DNA from: Amoebophrya sp. A120
Lineage: Eukaryota > Protista > Dinoflagellata
DNA length: 64,000 bases
Assembly (NCBI GenBank): GCA_905178155.1
Contig: CAJINV010000002.1
Location: forward strand, 2,440,162-2,504,161
Direction: 5' to 3'
Position 1 is the first letter of the stretch, and each line of letters starts with the position of its first letter. Positions 56,870 through 64,000 of the stretch are shown in pieces. The notes beneath the pieces were generated by a model. It saw nothing but the letters and a program-made list of their open reading frames with translations, had not been told where the DNA came from and made no database searches. Position numbers and translations under genes: made by a program.

Positions 56870-57813
56870 GATCCGAGCGGTCCCCGGATTGGTGCGGTCG
56901 ATCAGGGATTCCCCGAGCTGTTTTGATTTTTTTTTTTTGCGTAAAAACTAGGTACTGCCACTTCTGCATCACAAATCCTTTCTCCAATGCAGTGATTCGC
57001 ATGACAAATCAGAGAAAAACAAATACTACCATGCGGCGTATCAAGGAAGACTGGGAAGCACCCGCGAGGACCACGCAAATCACGTATCAAATGCAAATAT
57101 GTCTGGTAGTGGGTGGAGGATGAGTGCAAAAACATGATTTACCTTGCCGAGTCTTGCATGACAGAGCAGTGTCTTGCACGACAGACACGCATCACAAACT
57201 ACTCGCGTGTTGTTCTTGCGAGCTGTTGCTATTCTGCCGTGCTTTGCATGACAAACTCTCGCCGGTCCCACCGCGAAAGAGAATAAAGCGGTTGCGGTCG
57301 TAGTCGTTCCTATTCATGCATCACAGATGTTGTTCCTCTTCACCTCTTGCATCACAAACCCAGACCCAGACGTATTTGCGTTGCATATCACGACGCACAG
57401 GCCGACGACGACGATGCCGTAGCGGTTGCACCGCGCCTATCCTGTGTAAAAACATCCCCACCCCAGAGTTGTCATGCAGATCTGCAAGCACAAGAGCGTT
57501 TGTAATGCGCATCCCGATGAGAGGCATTTCCCGTTGTATTTTGGAACTTGTAATGCTGTAAACAGGATATGGAGATGGATTTGTTATGCGGCTTTGTTTG
57601 CTAAACTGCACTACACTACAGCCTACAATTTGTCATGCGTGCTTCCCAAAACTTCAAGGTTTGTGTTGCAAAGTCCCCAACTTGACTCTGGTATGGGGAC
57701 GTTTTTACACAGGATAGCGCCTGCGACTCCTGCTGGAACTTGAAGCCACTGGTGCTTCCCGCGGGCATGGGGTTCTCCGCGTCCTTCTCTTTGATGTCAA
57801 TGACCTTCGCCAT
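56870..57813 (-). CDS. 5' part of a TM-AGASQS family gene
   Basis: MAKVIDIKE...ESQA|RCNRYGIVVVGLCVV|ICVVLAGASQSSLIRRM|LGESLIDR, through two introners and GT-AG intron 56918-57029. Downstream exons not resolved. Confidence 0.72.
57085..57387. mobile_element. Introner family B (303 bp)
   Basis: TSD tcacg; splits a TM helix LCVV|ICVVL. Confidence 0.9.
57438..57716. mobile_element. Introner family C (279 bp), inverted relative to 16897 and 27664
   Basis: TIR tatcctgtgtaaaaac.tcccca; TSD gcgcc. Confidence 0.94.
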
Positions 57814-59617
57814 TTTCGTCGTACTTCTTTACCCCGTTGTCCAAAACAAACGGTTTCCAACAACGGCTTAAGAAGTCGTTCAGAAGGCTGTGATTTTCTC
57901 CTCCGGCTTTCGAGTCTTCGCAGCGGGTTCTTAGCTTTCCTGTCCTTTTTCGTAAAAAACCCGTGACAAACAAAATTTCGGTTTCTTCGGCGTAGATAGA
58001 GGTTTTTGACGTGATAGTTAGCTGTGTTCTTGTTCTCCTTCGTTGTTCTTGCTCGTAAATAACGGGTGGTGATGTTTGTGATTTTGGAAACAAAATTTCG
58101 AATTCTTCGTCTCAAAACTGATCGTGTTCGGTGTTGTAGTAGTGCGACTAGAAGTTGTGTGGTAAAAAATACAATTCTTCGTAGTAGATGATGTGCAAAA
58201 CTTGGTAGTACTTATACTTAATCGGAAAAATGTAAATGATGAGTCGAGTTCGTGGAATAATTTAGAAAACTAAGTGTGAGTATGGGGGCTTACACTGTTT
58301 GTTTTTTTTCCAGCAGAGGTGGGAGTATTAGGAAATGAAGGGTTCGATTTTGTACCAGGTTATCCGCAGACCGACGCAGAAACTTCAACTTTTTGAAGCC
58401 GTGTGTGCACGAAAGAGATAGTCAAGCACGATTCAGGATTGAATGGGCGTCCAACTCCGACAGACGTTTTCATCGTAACGCTTCGTCCGACAGAACGTGA
58501 AGTGATGCTGTACGAGAAGTAAAAACAATTTTTTTTCTCCGTACGATTAAGGTAGTGACATTTTTGTACAAAAACGCCAGCCAGCAGCACGATAAAGACC
58601 GAGACGAAACTATTGTTGCACGACAGAAAAATCCGATATGGGCAGATAGTACTATACCGAGAAAAAAAGAACTAAGTACAGAGAATTTCCTACACTCGAG
58701 CAAAACCGAGGAAAAGGTGAGACGAGGTCGTCGTCTTGGTAACTAATTGAGCAACAGAAATCGCACGACGGCACCGAAGATGAGAAATAAGAAAATAATC
58801 TTCCTTCTTCCGCAACCGACGACGAAAATAGGTCGGTTCTCTGGTCGGCGCTTCGAGGCACGGCGGAGCGGCGATTGCCGCTTTTGCTTTCATCTAGAGC
58901 AGCACTCATTTAGCAATCTTTCAGAACTTCTACGCGAGAGGAGGAAAATTATTCATCTGTCTGCAAAACAAGCAAGTACAAGAAAGTCAACGAGTTCTAT
59001 AAGTTGTGGTCGTAGCTTACGATTCTTTCCCTGCGGCTACTATACTTCGAAGAAAACCCTGCTGGAGCAGCGGCCCGCGGTCTCCTTCTTGTCCGATTCT
59101 TTTTTTCCCCCCTTTTCCTTGCTCTGGTCCTCCCGGGGTCGGTTTCACTTTTCGGGAATACAGCTGGGACAGCTTCTATGGAGGAGGTGTATTGGAATAA
59201 GTACTGGTCAAAAAACAGGAAGGTCCGGTCGCCGAATAGAAAAAATATTTGGAGTTTTATCCTCACATCAACGCAGGAAAACAAGACATGTCCTCTAGGA
59301 AGGAGTTACAACTTCGTACTTTTTCAAGGAGAACCACAGGGAAATAAAGAAATTCAAAGACACAACTACATTTAGTATACTTGGGAACTACAAACAATGC
59401 TTTTAGGAGTTTTTGTGAAAAAAGTGAACGTCGTCGTGAAGAAATTATAGCCGTTATTGTAAAAAGGTTCTTGAAGTTTTCTCAAAGACATTGAGTTTGT
59501 TTGTTCCCTGTGCTTAAAAAACAGATGGAGGATTACCACTTAGAATTTGTGTGTAAGACCAGTAAAAGCGAAATTAGTGAGAAGCGAAATTGGACAAGAT
59601 TCGTCGTGCAGTTGCGT

Positions 59618-62600
59618 TTAACGGCCGCAGCATTGTGTTTGTTGCCGTGCCACCGCATTTGCGGATTGCTGCTGCGCCATCAACGTAGCCCCGGCGATCG
59701 TGTGCATTGCAAGCATTGGGTCTGGGGGGGTGGAAGGTGGCAAGGCTTGTTGTGCTTGTCTGGTAATATCGTGACTCTACTGCGCCGCCCTTTGAATAAA
59801 ACGTGTGGGTTTTTTTACGCCTCAACCCATATAATTTGTCATTCACTTTAATACGACCACTGCTCCTACTTGATGCGTGGGCACGAAAAGCAATGTCATG
59901 CAAATAAAACGCAGTCGGAACAAATGCGGTACTATCGATCCGCAAGAAACAAACGTAGCAGCAGCACAACTTGTCCTACTGATCTGTGCAGGAGTGAACC
60001 CCCCACAAGAGAAATACAAACTATAGCACGGCAAGCTTGGTGTTCCAGACCCAGATCTTCGATATTTGATGCATACACCGCCAGGCCTCCCACGCCTCCC
60101 ATCCCGCCAGCCATCCCGCCAGTGAGTCCGAGCGACTCGAAAAAGCCTTTCGACTCCTCGTGCTGAGTTGTTTCCAACTTCTTGACCCGTTCTTCGCCGT
60201 GCAGCTCCTTCCGCGGCGGGTCTCCGCCGAGTTTTTGGCGTTCCTTATACGAGTGCACAACTCGTCGTTCCCCTCCTGTTCCTTTGAAGTGGGCTTGCAG
60301 GAGTAGAAAACAACTCAAAAAGAAGTCGTTGCATGACAAATCTGTGCCGTCCTCCTGAGTCCTGTACTAGTAGTTCAGTCTGGGTTTCTTGTTCCAGAGC
60401 TTGCCATACAAACACGGCCAAAAAGCCGAGACTGGGTTTTGCATTTTCCGTGAAATAAAACGAGGCGGATAAGGAGGTGGAGTTGTTGCGCACTCTGATA
60501 CTCCTTCTCAATCTTGTACTCGATCAGAGCTGGGTCGTTCCCGGCCGCCGCCTCCTCCTTCTGCGGGTTGGCCACGAACTGCTTGTTCGCTGCAGATGCC
60601 TTGCAAATATGCCCCCTGGGTGGTCTGGAACTATAATATTGGGAGACTTGTACTAGAGCTCGGCTATGCAAGTACTTATGTGGATTCTGTCATACCTGTT
60701 GCGCGAAAGCCAGGCTTCTTTGTCATGCAAGGTAGCGACTTGTGATGCGGAGTCAATAAATACACAGGGGCGTATCGAAAATTTATCAGACCGTGGCGGT
60801 GGGGTTAGAGTGATGAACGAATGTGCGTGTCAATGTCGCCCTCGTCCTGTCCATCACTGATAGCATGAAAACGTCTTTCCAGACCGGGACATGTTATTTG
60901 CAGTTGATATTGCAATCCAATTGGCAATTTCCTGCGCGCTAGCGTTGTCCAGGTTGTCAGGCTCCACGCCGTTGTTCGGGTCACCGAACATATCGCAAGA
61001 AAAAACTGCTTCTTAATAATGCAGAAAGTCGTGCATCGCAGACGTGTTTGTCTTGCTACGCATGCAAGATAATGCATTTGCAGACGTGCTTTCCCCTTAG
61101 GAAGCTCGCATGGCGAACTTCCTTTATCATGTAGAACAGACTCCTTGCGCTGCAAAACTTGCAAAATCATCAGAGTGATAGCAGTTTTTTCGTGGGATAA
61201 AACAGAGCATCGATGGCTCGGTCAATCAGGATGCCGCCCACATTTGCAGCCTTTGCTCGAAGCTGCTCATTTGCGAGCAGTTGCTGGGCAAAGTTCTATG
61301 CAGTGTATAAAGCATCGCACCAGCATCCATTGCATTTCAAAAAGATTTCATGCCAGGTTTATCACAAGGTGCAGTTATTATTTGGAGTGCAGCTGGCCAT
61401 AGGGGTTATGTATTTTTTCCTTTGTGTGAGCTCGGCCGAGCGGGCCTCGGCGATGTGCATTCGAGCGACTTCTACCGGCGGCACGAGTCGTTTCCCAAAC
61501 AAACGTAAATTCGGTACTTAAGTAAGCTAAGTGATAGGAAAATGAGGCGCAGTCCGACAACAGGGAACGATGCTTTTGCAGGGGGTAAATTCTCAAGGAA
61601 TTTGATTGCAGCCTGGCCGACCTCCGGCGAGCCCACTTGCACCTTTTTGCCGACGTCCAGAAACGAACCCTGCCCCCCCGTGGCAGCGCCGGCGGCCGCG
61701 ACCTCGGGCAGCGCGGTGCCGCGGGGCGCCAACTGGTCGGGGTTTCTATGGAAGCGTCAGGTTTGATATCGACAAAGTTGAAATGATTTGTCATGCATAA
61801 AATGGATACCAGTTGGAAGACCAATTTTCAAGCGGCGCATGACAAATTTTCGGAGCACCGAAATCCAATTTGTCATGCTGTTTGGGCACAGAAGAGCCCT
61901 TTTGTCATGCTCCTTTAGCAGCTCTATCCCAAACCCTAAATAGGCTCACAATCTGCCTCACTTGCCATCCCGGCAAGACAGGCACTTCATGCCTTGCATT
62001 TTCTGCATGACAAACCATCTCAACTTTGACGATTTCAAAAATCCTGACAGATTCATAGTTCCCAGCCGCCTCGTCGTCCGCGGAGTCGTCCCCGTCGTCG
62101 TCGTATGGAATGCAAGTATGTCTGGACGTCGGGAAATCTGTGCTGCTGATACCTGCATTGCAGCGTTGCCGCTTGTTCGGCATAACAGCATGGGAAGTTA
62201 TTTTCCTTAACTTCTTGCGCCGGATTCTTTATTACTCTTTAGCATTACAAACTGCAGTACCCAGCACGACAAAAGAGTGTGCCACGATACTAGCATCCAT
62301 GCATCACAGATCTTGCTGTCCTTCAATGCTCGCATCAGAAATAATGATCCAGACCCAGATATATCATTTGCAATGCATACATCGCTACTGTCCTTGCAGC
62401 CGGCGCATCGGTTCTCCGTCTGCACGCCAGATTCCTTCCACACACCCACTTCGGGCACGCCGCGGGGCTCCGCCTCTTCATCTAACGGAGAATCGTCCGC
62501 TGTGTCACGCTATGCGTTGCAAACATGTCTGGAGGGTCTGACAGGTTGCAGCTTCTATCTCATGCAAATTTTACATGACATACGACGTCTGTGATGTATT

Positions 62601-63978
62601 CCCTGGCATCACGGATCTTTTCGGTGCTTCTTGATGCCTATCCCGCATTATGAAAAATGCGAATGCCCCGTCCTCCGCGTATACAAAAAGTATCCTTCTC
62701 GTGCTGCTCAGGCAAGACAGATTTTTTTGCAATCCAAAAACATCATCACAAGTTCCAGCTCTCCAGAACGACCAGACAGTTTTGCATTGGATACATCACG
62801 CTGCGCCAAAAAATTCGCGTGATTCGTCTTCTTGGTCGAGCGTGGCCAAGCGTACAACTTCATCAAATCAGCCAGCGGCGGGAACTGGGTTTATTTTTTG
62901 AAGTTAGTTACTAATTCTATTTATTTCTGTTTCGTCCAACAGAAGATATTGACATAAGAATTGCACCCCACTAGGCCAAGCGGGGGCCATCGGATATTGT
63001 ATATGTAAAGCTAAATCACAGGATCCACAAGAAGTAAATCAAAAACTAGGGATAAAAACCGGCCTATGGTACCAGCTTCTGCAACGCCGTCGACTGTGAG
63101 ACGCCGGCGAAAATGATCAAGAACACGACCAGCGTGCCGAAAAGCATCCAGACGCAGGCCTTCCCCACGACCCCGGTGGGGGCGGTGGTACTCCCGCCGC
63201 CGCCCAGTTTTTTGTTGGGCGGCAGCAACGGCGGAGCGACGAGGGGAACCATCCCCATTCCGTGCGTATCAAGTGCAAATATCTCTGGGTCTGGGAGATT
63301 GCGATATTTGCCATGCTAGTCTGGTATGACCCGGAAATAAACCTGTATTGCGTGGCCACGAAGAGCTCTTCTCGCCTGTCCTGCAAAAATGCAGTTTCTC
63401 ATGCGGAGTACGCAACTCAGAACCACGGAAAAACTTGTCATGCTGGGCACCGCATTTTTACAGAGTGGTCGCTCGATCCTTTCTTGCGTCACAAGTTTGT
63501 TCCAGACCCAGACATATTTGCAATGCATAGTTCGTGCCGTTCCGCAGTAAATCGGCGGCGGCCTTGGCGGTGCCGTCGTCGATATCCTGCAGCTATCAAG
63601 TGCAAAAACGTCTGGGTCTGGAGGGTTGGAGCTTGTGATGCTAACTCTGGACTCTAGAAAAATCTGTATTGCATGACCAGCAAGAGGAGTCTGCTTTGTG
63701 CTACGCGGAGAGGGCATTTCTCATGCGGTAGAGGCATCACAAAATCCTCTAAAAATCTGTGATGCTTGGGCATGCATCACAAACATCATGGGTCATTCAA
63801 AATATGCATGACAAACTTGACAATCTTCCAGACCCAGACAGTTTTGCAGTTGATAGCAGCAGCCGGGCGGTGGGATTTTTCGCGCTCGCGGTGTCTTCCC
63901 CGCTTTCCTCCGAGGTGTGCGTGTTGTCATGTACGGCGACGAACTCCGCCGTGCCATGCCGACTTTCACGAAGCATAA
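59618..63978 (-). CDS. TM-AG[V]SQS family gene, heavily interrupted by introners; 5' end beyond the window
   Basis: In-frame joins: ARLL|QDIDD, NGTN|GMGMVP, FAGVSQSTALQKL|FPPLAD (GT-AG 62885-63072), SSD|DDG, AAGN|PDQL, DALF|GDPN, WIA|ANKQ, IEKE|RQKL, GGLAV|AGATL...QCCGR*. The 61295-61580 segment is unresolved. Confidence 0.75.
59701..60075. mobile_element. Degenerate introner family B (375 bp)
   Basis: Eroded TIR (tgtgcattgcaag..gggtctgg / ccagacccaga...atgcata); flanks gatcg/caccg; frame restored. Confidence 0.65.
60246..60500. mobile_element. Introner family E (255 bp)
   Basis: TIR tat..gagtgc.caac; flanks ttcct/ctcct. Confidence 0.85.
60595..60909. mobile_element. Degenerate introner family B (315 bp)
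   Basis: Flanks ctgca/ttgca; eroded TIR; frame restored. Confidence 0.7.
60991..61199. mobile_element. Introner family D (209 bp)
   Basis: TIR tatc.ca.gaaaaaactgct; flanks gaaca/aaaca. Confidence 0.85.
61747..62057. mobile_element. Introner family A (311 bp)
   Basis: Long TIR; flanks gtttc/gttcc. Confidence 0.9.
62104..62379. mobile_element. Introner family B (276 bp)
   Basis: Flanks cgtcg/catcg; frame restored. Confidence 0.82.
62511..62793. mobile_element. Introner family B (283 bp), GT-AG compatible
   Basis: TIR present, TSD diverged; sense flanks GAT|GTATCC...GCATAG|CGT. Confidence 0.82.
63267..63529. mobile_element. Introner family B (263 bp)
   Basis: Flanks gtgcg/gttcg; interior similar to 2381-2635. 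Confidence 0.9.
63594..63855. mobile_element. Introner family B (262 bp)
   Basis: TSD gcagc; interior similar to 18622-18889. Confidence 0.93.
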
Positions 63979-64000
63979 TATCCTGAGGAAAAACGTCCCC
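63979..64000. mobile_element. Start of a family C introner (cut by the window edge)
   Basis: tatcctgaggaaaaacgtcccc matches the family C TIR. Confidence 0.8.

Noticed and set aside
61297-61401. Possible 105-bp TAT...ATA element
   Set aside because: No clear TIR or TSD; probably an intron but its boundaries could not be fixed.

Overview
Eukaryotic, alveolate-type genomic DNA. Every gene I could reconstruct lies on the minus strand. The architecture closely resembles the parasitic dinoflagellate Amoebophrya (an inference from structure, not from a search). Reconstructed genes: a ZMYND10-like protein, a DxD (GT32/Caps_synth-like) glycosyltransferase, a 300-aa hypothetical protein, an ABCC/MRP transporter, a GDT1/TMEM165 protein, a giant low-complexity protein, and three related membrane-anchored proteins sharing a TM-AG[AV]SQS motif. 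The dominant feature is 34 short elements (mostly 149-375 bp) in about 7 sequence families that interrupt coding exons. They have terminal inverted repeats (TIRs) starting TAT and ending (A)TA, and are flanked by 5-bp direct repeats (target-site duplications, TSDs). Most lack GT-AG ends, yet removing the element plus one repeat copy restores the reading frame in every complete case. They behave as non-canonical transposon-like introns (introners) and occur in either orientation. A motif, GCAT(G/C)ACAA, is shared by all families and by the canonical GT-AG introns. Intergenic DNA holds GC-rich repeats and a decayed LINE endonuclease fragment bracketed by 53-bp repeats. All splice models were derived by hand from DNA and are not confirmed by transcripts.
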